Assembly (NCBI GenBank): GCA_963842945.1
Contig: CAWJIM010000021.1
Span: 224,001 to 288,000, forward strand
Source: an uncultured Gemmatimonadales bacterium
GTDB lineage: Bacteria > Gemmatimonadota > Gemmatimonadetes > Gemmatimonadales > GWC2-71-9
Direction: 5' to 3'
DNA length: 64,000 bases
Shown: in pieces, positions 28,819 through 38,483 of the stretch
Layout of the letters: every line of letters starts with the position of its first letter
Position numbering within the stretch: position 1 is the stretch's first letter
Position numbers and translations under genes: made by a program
The notes under the pieces: model-generated
Database searches by the model: none
Told to the model about the DNA's origin: nothing
Seen by the model: the letters and a program-made list of their open reading frames with translations, nothing else

Positions 28819-30294
28819 AGATCTATTCCCAGCTTCTCCCACATCTCGTCCACCCGCCGTTTGGTTTCAGGGTCCATCGTGATCAGCTCAGGCCACTCGC
28901 GCTCGAATCCCTCTTCCTTCCACTTTCTCGTGGCATCGATCCCCATCTTGCTGCCGTAGGTGAAGGCTCGGCTGGAGTGGTCGAGCACGTCGATGGGTCC
29001 CATGGTGAACCGGACATCCCGTTCCGGATCGATGTTGTTGAGCGCGATCCACCAGGCCTCGTCGGGGTTCTGGACGTTCACCTCCTTGTCCACGACCACC
29101 AGGACCTTGGCCAGCGACATCAGCCCCTGGCCCCACAAGGCGTTCATCACCTTGTAGGCCTGACCGGGATATTGCTTGTCGATCGAGACGAACACCAGGT
29201 TGTGAAAAATTCCGGCAGCAGGCATGTGGTAGTCCACGATCTCCGGGATCGTGAGCTTGAGCAGGGGCAGGAAGATTCGCTCGGTGGCGTGACCCAGGTA
29301 GTAATCCTCCATCGGAGGACGACCCACCAGGGTTGCCGGGTAGATCGGGATCTCGCCGCGAGGTGACCGCCGTGACGTGCACCTGCGGGTAATAGTCGGC
29401 GAGGGAGTAAAACCCGGTGTGGTCGCCAAAGGGGCCCTCGAGCACCAGCGGCTCGGCCGGATCGATGTACCCTTCGAGCACCAGCTCCGCTTCGGCCGGC
29501 ACGGCCAGATCCGACGTCAGCGCCCGCGCCAGCTCGACCGGCTGGCGGCGGATGAAGCCGGCAAAGAGAAATTCGTCGATAGTGGGCGGCAGCGGCGCGG
29601 AGCCGGAGTAGATGCTGGCCGGGTCGCCGCCGAGGGCAATCACCACGGGCATCCGCTCTCCCCGCGCCGCCATCTCTCGCCAGTGGCCGGCGCCCACCTT
29701 GTGACGTTGCCAGTGCATGGCGAGCGTGTTCCGTCCCAGGACCTGAACCCGGTACATGCCGACGTTGCGAATGCCGCGGGCGGGATCGGTGGTGATCACC
29801 ATAGGAAGGGTGATGTATCGTCCGCCGTCCCCGGGCCAGGTGGTGAGAAACGGAATGCTGCTCAGATCGACCTCCTGATCCCGCTGCACCACCTCCTGAC
29901 ACGGCGCTCGCCCACCTTTTTGCCGAGGCGGGAACTTGCCGATCTCGGCCAATTTCGGCAGCATCGCCAGCTTGCCGAATAGCCCCTCGGGCACCTTCAG
30001 GTTCAACATCTCCGAGATCCGCTCCCCGATCTCGTTGAGATCAGTGACCCCGAGTGCCAGGTTCATCCGGCGGACCGACCCGAAGAGGTTGATCGCGACC
30101 GGCTGTGCGCTGCGCTGACCGTCGTCGAGCAGCACATGCTCGAAGAGCAGAGCGGGGCCTCCACCCGGGCTCTTCATCACCCGGTCGGCAATCTCGGCGA
30201 TCTCCAGGCGGGCCCGCACCGGATGGGTGATCCGGGCCAGCTCACCGATGCCGGCGATGGCCTTGATGAACTCCCGGAGGTTGTCTAATGCCAT
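28755..30294 (-). CDS. ubiD: UbiD-family menaquinone biosynthesis decarboxylase, MqnL-like (1 frameshift near 29355)
   Basis: GGPALLFE, INLFGS, RNVGMYR, MHWQRHK, EGPFGDHTGFY, VGRPPMED, IDKQYPGQA, GSKMGIDAT. Confidence 0.93.
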
Positions 30295-30303
30295 AGTGCA
30301 AAG

Positions 30304-30412
30304 GCGTGAACGGTTAACGGTAAACCGTAAACTAGGCGTGCCGAGACCGGGCCGAATCCCCTGACTGTGCGGCACCCGTTCAGCGTTCACTTTTTACCGT
30401 TTACGCTTTTAG
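30304..30412. repeat. Inverted pair of heptamer arrays (CGGTAAA / TTTACCG)
   Basis: GCGTGAA CGGTTAA CGGTAAA CCGTAAA (30304-30331) and TTCAGCG TTCACTT TTTACCG TTTACGC (30379-30406). Confidence 0.7.
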
Positions 30413-31130
30413 TGGCAACGTACAAGGCGCATACCCCACCCATCAGCAGCTCGTAGTCGACCTCCATGAACCCCTGGATTTTCATCCGGCGGGCAAGCTC
30501 GGCCGGAGGCGGAAAGACCCGGGTCGACTCTGGAAGCCAGCTATAGGCGGTCGTATGTTTTGAAATCACCCGACCAATCAGGGGCAAGACCCGGCGAAAG
30601 TAGAATTCAAAGACCGGCCGGAACAGCGGCTGAGTCGGCGTCGCCATTTCCAGCACAACCAGCCGGGCCCCGGGTTTGAGTACGCGCGCTGCTTCGGCCA
30701 GTCCGCTCTCGATATCCACCAAGTTGCGGAGCCCCCAGCCGACCATGGCACCATCGAAGGTGTCGTCGGGAAAGGGGAGGTCGAGAGCGTCGGTGGTGAC
30801 GGGTACCAGCCGGGGCGCCTTCTTTCGGCCCAGCCGGAGCATTTGCGCTACGAAATCAGCGCCGACAATGCTGCCCCGGAATCCGGGCGCGCGGGCCAGG
30901 GTGGCGCCAAAGTCCAGCGTGCCGGCGCAGAGGTCGAGATAGATTCCTTCCGGAGCCCGCTTCCATCCCAACCGCTTTATTGCACGGCGGCGCCAGCCCT
31001 GATCGAAATGAAAGCTGATGATCCGGTTGAGCCGATCGTAGGTGGGAGCGATGGCGGTGAACATCGTGCGGACATACGCCCGCTTTTCCGGACCGCCTGA
31101 AACGGGTAACTGACGATCCGAGGCTAACAT
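30387..31130 (-). CDS. ubiE: UbiE/MenG demethylmenaquinone methyltransferase
   Basis: MFTAIAPTYDRLN, LDLCAGTLD, DALDLPF, GLRNLVD, RVLKPG, AYSWLPES. Confidence 0.93.
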   Translation of the reverse strand: MLASDRQLPVSGGPEKRAYVRTMFTAIAPTYDRLNRIISFHFDQGWRRRAIKRLGWKRAPEGIYLDLCAGTLDFGATLARAPGFRGSIVGADFVAQMLRLGRKKAPRLVPVTTDALDLPFPDDTFDGAMVGWGLRNLVDIESGLAEAARVLKPGARLVVLEMATPTQPLFRPVFEFYFRRVLPLIGRVISKHTTAYSWLPESTRVFPPPAELARRMKIQGFMEVDYELLMGGVCALYVATKSVNGKK

Positions 31131-31173
31131 AGGCGCTGAATGTAGTCTTCGGGCAAGCCCCTTCGCAAGCGGA

Positions 31174-31789
31174 ATGCACGAGTGGCCGGTCCTCGAACTG
31201 AGTGGGGCCGGCCTCACCGACCAGGAGGTGGTGCTCCGGGCTCGCTCGGGCCAGGAGGCGGCGTACCGCGAGCTGATCCGCCGCTACGAGCGCCCCATCT
31301 TTGCCCTCTTGTTCCGGATGGTCCGGGACCGGGAGCTGGCGGAGGACCTGTCGCAGGAGACCTTCGTCAAGGCGCTCAACGCCATCGACTCCTACCGGCC
31401 CGAATTCAAGTTTTCTTCCTGGATCTTCAAGATCGCCAATAACGCGGCAATCGATCACCTCCGCCGGCGTGAGTTGGATACGCTCTCGCTGGATGGTTCG
31501 CCTCACGCCGAGACCCCAGAGGCCATGCAGGCTACCGCGCTTGCAGATCGGGGCCCGGCAGGAGACTCCGCTCGACACGGTAGAAGCCAAAGAGCTGGGG
31601 ACGGCCATCGAGGCGGCCATCGGATCACTCCGGCCCGAGTACCGCTCCTGTATTCTGCTGCGCCACGTCGAGGGGCGGCCTTACGAGGAGATCGCCGAGA
31701 TCCTGAACCTGCCGCTCGGCACCGTCAAGACGTACATCCACCGGGCTCGCAACGAGCTGCGGCTCTCGCTCGCACATCTCAAAGAATGA
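31174..31789 (+). CDS. ECF sigma factor, SigW/RpoE-like (1 frameshift near 31542)
   Basis: Region 2 AEDLSQETFVKA, KFSSWIFKIANNAAIDHLRR; region 4 LRHVEGRPYEEIAEILNLPLGTVKTYIHRAR. Confidence 0.93.
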
Positions 31790-31813
31790 AACCTTCAATT
31801 CCCCCTCAACGTA
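31787..31813 (+). promoter_or_regulatory. SigW-type ECF promoter upstream of the anti-sigma gene
   Basis: TGAAAC-N17-CGTA (B. subtilis SigW consensus TGAAAC-N16-CGTA). The TGA is the sigma gene's stop codon. Confidence 0.65.
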
Positions 31814-31826
31814 GGAGGGTCCACTT

Positions 31827-32437
31827 ATGACCCGCTCTCCCGGATCGCATCTCTCCGCCGACGAGGTCGACGCCTGCCTGATCGGAGTGCCCGACTCCCG
31901 AAATCCAGCGGCACCTGGATCAGTGCTCCCAGTGCTTCGAACAGCTCAAGATCGATCGGGAGATCGCCGAGCAGGTGGCGGCCCTGCCGCTGATCAGTCC
32001 GGCTGCAGGCTTTGCCGACCGGGTCATGGCCCGGGTGATCGTACCCGATCCTTTCGCTATCCGCTCTCTCCAAGCCACTCGCCGCCGCCTCTTTTCCACT
32101 CCAAAATCCTTTGCCGCTGCCGCCGGGTTCGCGCTGGTCGCTCCTGGGCTCCATGGTCGGGAGCGTGGTCTGGTCGCTGGGCCATCAGGAGACGCTCGCC
32201 GCGCTGGGCTCGTGGCTGTTTGCCCAGGGGGGACAAGCGGTATGGCTCGGGGTCCAGGGGCTGGCGTCCAATCTGCTGGAGCAACCCTGGTACGGTGGAC
32301 TCAAATCGCTGGCGGACAATCCGGGACGGTTGGCTCTGTTCTCCGCCCTGGGATCGTTCGCGTATCTGAGCGGGTTGATCGCGTTGCGTCGCCTCCTGGC
32401 TGCCCCGACCCAGCAGGTGGCCCATGTCGGCCTGTAA
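31827..32437 (+). CDS. Membrane-bound zinc anti-sigma factor (ZAS/zf-HC2; 2 frameshifts)
   Basis: Reconstructed SHLS...RHLDQCSQC (HxxxCxxC), PAAGFADRVMARV, then two hydrophobic helices. GGAGG RBS. Confidence 0.8.
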
Positions 32438-33706
32438 GCGCCTCCTCGGAATCCTCGCGCTTCTCAGCGTCGCCAAGGGTCACCCGCTCCGTGCTGAAAT
32501 CCCGGTGGATGGGATCACCAGTCGCGCGGCCGACCTGGTAGATCACATGCGAGGGCTGATCACCGGTTTTACCAGGCCCGAACGACGGCACCAGGCTCAG
32601 TCGCGCGTTCACCCTCAGGAGATCGCCACCGGTGGAACTACGGTGGATCTCAGCAATCTCACTCAGCCAACTCTGATCGAGGATCGACTCGGTTCCGCGC
32701 TGAACCAGTCCAGCGGTGCGCTCAGGATCACTATTCCGAGCGGCGGGGCCCGTCGGGGGGACTTCAGCCTGGGCTCCTCCGAAACTCGAAGCGGGCATCT
32801 TCTCGTGCTGGATGGAACCGCCGATATCTACGGTCATCTGAACGGGAATCTGGTGACGGTCAGAGGAGATGTAGTGGTTCACCCCGGCGGGGTGGTCGGT
32901 GGTGATGTGCTGACGCTGGGAGGACGAGTTCGAGACGAGGGCGGCGAGATCGGCGGTGAGGTCCGGACCCTCCGGTCCACTACCCTTCTCTCCCCGGCCG
33001 CTCGGCCTGAGCCGGCGCCGCTGAGCGCCTGGCAGAGTGTTCTGCGCCGAACCGCCGGCGTGCTGGGCGTCTTTCTGGCGCTGACGCTGCTGGGGTTTGG
33101 TCTGGTCATGTTCGGGCGACAGAATCTGGAGATCGTATCGGACACGGTCTCGCATTCCTTCGGTCGCGCCTTTGTTACCGGCCTTCTGGGCCAGATCCTG
33201 CTGCTCCCTACCTTCGGCATGCTCGTAGTGGGATTGATTCTCAGCGTGGCCGGCATTCTTCTGCTCCCCTTCGCGGTCGCCGTTTTCGCCCTGCTGGTGG
33301 TGATTGGAGTTGTCGGCGGGTACCTGGCGGTGGCGCACGCCATGGGGGAGACCTACACCCGGCGGCGGATGGCCTTGGGTACCTTGGTCGGGTCTCCCAA
33401 CAGCTACCGATATCTGCTGGTTGGACTGATCGCTTTGAGCAGTCTGTGGGTGGCCTGGGCCCTATTTCGGCTGGGTGCCCGTTGCGGGAAGCAATCGTGT
33501 GGGGTGCCGCGTTCTTCGCCAGCTGGCTCCTGGGTACCGCTGGATTCGGGGCGGCACTGCTCAGCCGGGCCGGCATCAAGGAGAATTTCGCCGGACGACT
33601 GCTGCCACCAGAAGCGCTTACCGACGAATACCTGTGGGCTACGCCGCAGTTCGGGGTGCCCGCGGGCCGTAAGCCGGGAACCCGAACGCCTTCGCGCGGG
33701 CTTTGA
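32424..33706 (+). CDS. Membrane protein with bactofilin-like (polymer-forming) beta-helix and several TM helices (1 frameshift near 33470)
   Basis: GHLLVLDGTADIYGHLNGNLVTVRGDVVVHPGGVVGGDVLTLGG repeats; multiple TM segments; tail GFGAALLSRAG...LWATPQFGV in ORF 33446..33706. Confidence 0.75.
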
Positions 33707-33707
33707 G

Positions 33708-34550
33708 ATGGGGCGGAGCACAGCGGTCTTAGGCATGATGCTCTGGGCCGGCCTGGCCCAGGCTCAGACCATGCGCCCTTTCGAAACCTTCCGGCAGAAT
33801 CACGGCGAGACCCGGCTGGGCGCGCGGGTGGAGTACGCTGCGGGAAGCCTGCGACTGGTGCCGGGCCAGGCGGACGAGCTCTATCGAATGGAGCTGTCCT
33901 ACGATGAGGACCGCTACGTTCCGGTCAGTGACTTCAACAACCAGACCGGGGCCGTGTTGCTGGGCCTCAAACCGGCAGGTCAGGGAGGTGTGCGGGTGGT
34001 CTCCCGCAGTCAGCTGAGCCAGCAAGCCACCGTGGCGCTCTCGCCCGCCGTCGACCTGAGCCTCGACCTGACCTTGGGAGCGGTGAACGCCGATGTGGAG
34101 CTCGGAGGTCTCCGGATCAACAATCTTCATCTGAAAACCGGCGCCAGTAGGACCATACTTCGTTTTTCCCAGCCCAACGCGGTGCGTTGCGAGCTGGCGG
34201 CGATCAGTGCTGGTGCAGCCGAGGTGTCCCTTTTGGGACTGGGCAACAGCCGATGCGATGAAGTGGAGTTCGAAGGCGGCATGGGACGCGTCCTGCTCGA
34301 TTTCGCCGGCCAATGGACCGCGAGCTCCCGGGTCGAGGTCAAGATGGCCATGGGAGAGCTCACCTTGCGACTCCCCAGGCGCATCGGGCTTCAGATCACC
34401 ATGGACAAGTTCCTCTCCAGCTTCGAGGCCGCCGGGTTGACCCGGCGGGGGAACGCCTTCCAATCGTCCAACTACCAGAGCAGCACGCGGCACCTCGATC
34501 TGGATCTCACCACGGCAATGGGTGGGGTGAATGTGGAGTGGGTGGACTAG
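33708..34550 (+). CDS. Exported beta-solenoid protein, LiaF-C/DUF2154/DUF4097-like
   Basis: Signal peptide ending AQA-Q; repeated LxLxxGxxxxxLxF units (LDLTLGAVNADVEL, FEGGMGRVLLDF, VKMAMGELTLRLP, LTTAMGGVNV). Confidence 0.7.
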   Translation: MGRSTAVLGMMLWAGLAQAQTMRPFETFRQNHGETRLGARVEYAAGSLRLVPGQADELYRMELSYDEDRYVPVSDFNNQTGAVLLGLKPAGQGGVRVVSRSQLSQQATVALSPAVDLSLDLTLGAVNADVELGGLRINNLHLKTGASRTILRFSQPNAVRCELAAISAGAAEVSLLGLGNSRCDEVEFEGGMGRVLLDFAGQWTASSRVEVKMAMGELTLRLPRRIGLQITMDKFLSSFEAAGLTRRGNAFQSSNYQSSTRHLDLDLTTAMGGVNVEWVD

Positions 34551-34559
34551 ATTGCGTGC

Positions 34560-35181
34560 ATGTCGCCGCTGGAAACCCTCGGCTTTGCGCTCGGCACCTC
34601 CTTCGCTTCGGGGCTGAACCTTTACGCCACGGTAGCAGCCGCGGGATTATTCCAGCGATTCGGAATCATTCAGCTCCCCGATAGCCTTCACGTACTCGCG
34701 AGTCCCGTCGTCCTGGGAATCGCGATCGTGCTGTTCGTCATCGAGTTCATCGCCGACAAGATCCCGTACTTCGACAGCGCGTGGGACGCCGTGCACACCT
34801 TCATTCGTCCCCCGGCGGCGGCCCTCATCTCCTATAGCGCCTTTGGCCCCGTGCCCGAGGAATGGAAAATCACGGCGGCGCTGCTGGCCGGCGGAGTGGC
34901 GCTGACCTCTCACGGTGCCAAGGCCACCACTCGCGCCGCGGCTAATACCAGCCCGGAACCGATCAGTAACTGGACCCTCAGCGCTCTGGAGGATGGCCTG
35001 GCCGTCTTCCTGGCCTGGATGGCCGCGTGAGCACCCGATTCTGACGGCAGCGATCGTGGTTGTGCTGGTGATTCTTTCGGTGCTGTTGATCTGGAAGCTG
35101 GTTGGCTACGTGCGGGTGCTGCGCGACAGGGTACGGGCATGGAAGACGAGACCGGCCGGTCCGCCCGGGAGCCCCACGTAG
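34560..35181 (+). CDS. DUF4126-family membrane protein (1 frameshift near 35028)
   Basis: SFASGLNLYAT, EFIADKIPYFDSAWDAVHTFIRP, NTSPEPISNWTLSALED. Confidence 0.85.
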
Positions 35182-35185
35182 CGCC

Positions 35186-35944
35186 TCAGTCGAGTCTGGC
35201 CCGAACCCTCCCTCCCATTCCGACCCCAAGTCGCCGCGCCGCCGAGCCATCACGTACGGCGATCTCGATCACCCCTCCCGATCCGACGTAGGCCAAGAGG
35301 CTTCCGGTCGCCACGTCGTTGTAGGTTTGCTTGAGGGGGCCGATCTCCAGCTCGTCTATCTCGACTTTCGCGTGCGACGGCACCAGGTCGGCGGTGAGGT
35401 TGGTGATCAGACTGCCGAAGCGGTCGACGTATACCACCTCTCCTACCACCGCTCCCTTCTCCCGATGCGGCGGAGTGTAGGCCAGCCGCCGAGGAATGCC
35501 GGCGAACCTGTGCCCCAGCGTGGTCAGGGCGGCGCCCGTCGCCAGCGCGGCCGCGGCGGGAGCGAATAGGTCCCGGCCATGAAAGGTCCTCGACACTCTT
35601 GCCGGGACCTCGAGTTCGACCGCCTCGACCTCGGCGTCGTGCAGCACCGGGGTGAACACCCCGTTGTCGGGGCCCACGAACCGGTGTCCATGTACACTGA
35701 GGGCCAGCGCGGCGCGCGAGCTGCCAACGCCGGGATCTACCACGACGAGATGGATTGTCCCCCTGGGAAAGCGGTGCCAGGTACGCCCCAGAACGTAGGC
35801 GGCAGATCGAATGTCTCCAGGAGCGGTCTCGTGCGTCACATCGATCAGGGTGGCGCCAGGAGCACCACTGAGAAGGACGCCCTTCACTTCGGCGACGTAG
35901 GAATCAGCGGTGCCGAAGTCGGTCAGGAGGGTGATGAACGTCAT
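35186..35944 (-). CDS. SAM hydroxide adenosyltransferase (DUF62 SAM hydrolase)
   Basis: ITLLTDFG, VVDPGVGSSR, VGPDNG, SRTFHGRDLFAP, YVDRFG; Asp-Arg-His hydrolase triad present. Confidence 0.9.
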   Translation of the reverse strand: MTFITLLTDFGTADSYVAEVKGVLLSGAPGATLIDVTHETAPGDIRSAAYVLGRTWHRFPRGTIHLVVVDPGVGSSRAALALSVHGHRFVGPDNGVFTPVLHDAEVEAVELEVPARVSRTFHGRDLFAPAAAALATGAALTTLGHRFAGIPRRLAYTPPHREKGAVVGEVVYVDRFGSLITNLTADLVPSHAKVEIDELEIGPLKQTYNDVATGSLLAYVGSGGVIEIAVRDGSAARRLGVGMGGRVRARLD

Positions 35945-35990
35945 ACCAGGGAGCGAGCGTGAGGTGCGTGGCGACCGTTTCCGGCGTTCC

Positions 35991-37103
35991 TCACCCTCTC
36001 AAGATGGGCAGCGCCATGCTCCGGCCCGCGGTCTTTCGCTGCAGCTGCTCGGCGATATCCCGCAGAGTCTGAGCGGCGGGGCTCTCAGGCTGGGCAATCA
36101 GGATGGGCTGACCCTCGTCCGCTAAAGCGGCCAGCTGGGGCTGCAGGGGAACGCTGCCAAGCAGTGGAGCCGAAATCTCTTCGGCCAGCCGCTGGCCCCC
36201 GCCCGAGGAGAAGAGCTCGAACCTGCGGCCGGTTTCGGGATCGGTGAACCCGCTCATATTCTCGACCACGCCGATTACCGGAACGCCGACCCGCTCGAAC
36301 ATCTTGGCGCCCCGAAGCGCGTCGCCCACCGCGACCTCCTGGGGCGTGGTGACGATCAGCGCGCCGGCGACGTGCGTGGCCTGAACCAGGGAGAGCTGGG
36401 CGTCGCCGGTGCCGGGAGGGAGGTCGACGATTAAATAGTCCAGCTGGCCCCACTCTACATCCTGAAGAAACTGATTCACGATTTTCATGATGATGGGACC
36501 GCGCCAGATGGCGGGAGCATCCCGCTCCACCAGAAAGCCCAAGGACATGAGCTTCACGCCGTAGGCGTCGAGCGGCTGGATTTTCCCTCCCAGCACGGGC
36601 GGGCGATCGAACACGCCAAACATTCGCGGAATGTTCGGCCCGTAGACGTCTGCGTCCATCAGTCCGACCTGAAGGCCTGCCTGGGTCAAAGCGATGGCCA
36701 GGTTAACCGCGACGGTGGACTTGCCGACCCCACCCTTGCCGGAGGAGATCGCGATGATCTTTCCCAGATTGGGCTGCTCGGCCGGCTGCGGTGCCGCTGG
36801 TCCGGTTGGAGCCCCAGCTGCCGCCGGGGGCCCGTGCGTGGCCTGGGCAGGGCCGGCCGGATTGGTCACGTTGATCTTGATCTCGTCCTTCCGCACACCC
36901 TCGACCGCGGCAACCGCGGTCCGAGCGGCCCGCACCAGGGTGGCAGGATCCTCGGGAGCCAGCAGGAAGGTGAACGTTACCCGACCCTCGTCGGTCACCG
37001 TCAGATCGCGGATCATCCCGGCCGAGAGCAGATCGTTCTCCAAGCGAGGGTTCTGAATCCGGGCGAGCGCCGCCGTGACTCGGGCCTCGAGGGAATCGCT
37101 CAC
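35991..37103 (-). CDS. mrp: Mrp/ApbC (NBP35) P-loop ATPase with N-terminal DUF59-like domain; contains no cysteine
   Basis: SGKGGVGKST, DADVYGP, WRGP, DLPPGTGD, VTTPQ, VENMS. Confidence 0.95.
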   Translation of the reverse strand: MSDSLEARVTAALARIQNPRLENDLLSAGMIRDLTVTDEGRVTFTFLLAPEDPATLVRAARTAVAAVEGVRKDEIKINVTNPAGPAQATHGPPAAAGAPTGPAAPQPAEQPNLGKIIAISSGKGGVGKSTVAVNLAIALTQAGLQVGLMDADVYGPNIPRMFGVFDRPPVLGGKIQPLDAYGVKLMSLGFLVERDAPAIWRGPIIMKIVNQFLQDVEWGQLDYLIVDLPPGTGDAQLSLVQATHVAGALIVTTPQEVAVGDALRGAKMFERVGVPVIGVVENMSGFTDPETGRRFELFSSGGGQRLAEEISAPLLGSVPLQPQLAALADEGQPILIAQPESPAAQTLRDIAEQLQRKTAGRSMALPILRG

Positions 37104-37106
37104 GGA

Positions 37107-37337
37107 CTAGACCGCCTCCACGTGCTTGACTTCCGGCACCATCTCCCGGAGACGGGCCTCGATGCCTTGCCTCAAGGTAACAGTCGAGGCGGAGCAACCG
37201 TGGCAGGTTCCTCCGAGGCGCAGCAGCAGGATCCCGTCCTGCTCATCGAAGTCCACGACCTCGACCCGCCCCCGGTGCGACGCGATGTAGGGCCGAAGGG
37301 TGTCCAGGGTCCGCTCGATGCGATCGATGGTGTCCAT
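37107..37337 (-). CDS. NifU C-terminal (Nfu) Fe-S carrier
   Basis: LRPYIASHRG, LGGTCHGC, TLRQGIE. Confidence 0.92.
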   Translation of the reverse strand: MDTIDRIERTLDTLRPYIASHRGRVEVVDFDEQDGILLLRLGGTCHGCSASTVTLRQGIEARLREMVPEVKHVEAV

Positions 37338-37409
37338 GGTTCAAATATAGTGGGAGTCGTCGGCCGCAGTATAGTCGTCAGAGTCACAGTAAGCCTCACG
37401 ACGCTGTCA

Positions 37410-38450
37410 CTAGAGACGACTCGCGACTCTCCGATTCGCCCCCAGATACTCCCGCGCGGCCTTGAGCACCGTATCCTGCACCTCCGCCAGCGATCCGCTC
37501 AACGAGAGGCCGGCGGCTTTCGTATGTCCCCCGCCACCATAAGCCTTCGCAAAGGCGGCGACATCGACGTCGCCCACCGATCGGAGCGAGACCTTGACTC
37601 GCCTCTGGGCAATTTCGCGGAAGAGGAGCGCCATGCGCACGCCCTCGATCGAGCGAGGAAACTCGACCACCCCATCCAGGTCGTCCGATGAGACCCCGTA
37701 GCGCTCGATCGAGCCCGGCGGGACCGTTACCCAGGCCAACCCGTACTCAGGCTCTACCACCAGGGTTTGCAGCGCCTCAGCGAACAGGCGAGGCCGGCCT
37801 TCAGGCGCCCGGGCGTACACCTCGAGGTAGATCTGTTCCGGGTCCACTCCGAGCTCCAGCAGGTCGGCTGCGATCCTCAGGGTGTGAGGCCGGGTGTTGC
37901 TGAACCGGAACCCCCCGGTGTCGGTGAGCAGCGCGACATAGAGCGCGCGGGCGACCGCCTGGGATATCGGCCAATCGTTTGCCCGGGCAATCTCGAAGAT
38001 CAGCTCGCCGGTGGCCGCGGCATCCGGATCCACGTAGCGCGGACCGGCCGGAAGCACCCCGGCGCTCACGTGATGGTCCACGCACGCGACGGGAACGCCG
38101 CGCTGCTTGACCGTATCGCTCAGCATGCCGAGCCGGGCGAGATCCGAGATGTCGAGGACGATGATCAGATCCGCCCGGCGCAGCTCCTTCACCGCCTCGG
38201 ATGTCTTGTCGACTCCGGGGATGTCGCGGAAGAGGAACCCGAACCGGGGCGGAGTCGGGGTAGGGTTCGTGATGATGGCATCGATGTTCTGGGCCCGGAG
38301 GAGGTGAACCAGAGCCACCTCGCTGCCCAGACCATCGCCATCCGGGTTGACATGGGTGGTGATGCAAACGCGCTGGCCGGCCCGGAGCGCACCGGCAAAC
38401 GATGCAGCCCAGGCGGCCTTCTCGGGGGACAGCAATAGCGGCATTTCCAA
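37410..38450 (-). CDS. nrnA: DHH-DHHA1 nanoRNase/pAp phosphatase (alternative start ATG 38444)
   Basis: HVNPDGDGLGS, VDHH, TDTGGF, VSLRS, GGGHTKAAG. Confidence 0.92.
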   Translation of the reverse strand: MEMPLLLSPEKAAWAASFAGALRAGQRVCITTHVNPDGDGLGSEVALVHLLRAQNIDAIITNPTPTPPRFGFLFRDIPGVDKTSEAVKELRRADLIIVLDISDLARLGMLSDTVKQRGVPVACVDHHVSAGVLPAGPRYVDPDAAATGELIFEIARANDWPISQAVARALYVALLTDTGGFRFSNTRPHTLRIAADLLELGVDPEQIYLEVYARAPEGRPRLFAEALQTLVVEPEYGLAWVTVPPGSIERYGVSSDDLDGVVEFPRSIEGVRMALLFREIAQRRVKVSLRSVGDVDVAAFAKAYGGGGHTKAAGLSLSGSLAEVQDTVLKAAREYLGANRRVASRL

Positions 38451-38483
38451 TACTAACCGCAGACAACCACCGGCGCGAAACGC

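Noticed and set aside
32424..34550. 708-aa bactofilin/LiaF fusion
   Set aside because: Caused by a frameshift near 33470; the first gene ends at 33706 and the second has its own ATG and signal peptide at 33708.
35186..35944. Fluorinase or chlorinase
   Set aside because: Retains the DUF62 hydrolase Asp-Arg-His triad (DPGVGSSR, TFHGRD), which the halogenases lack.
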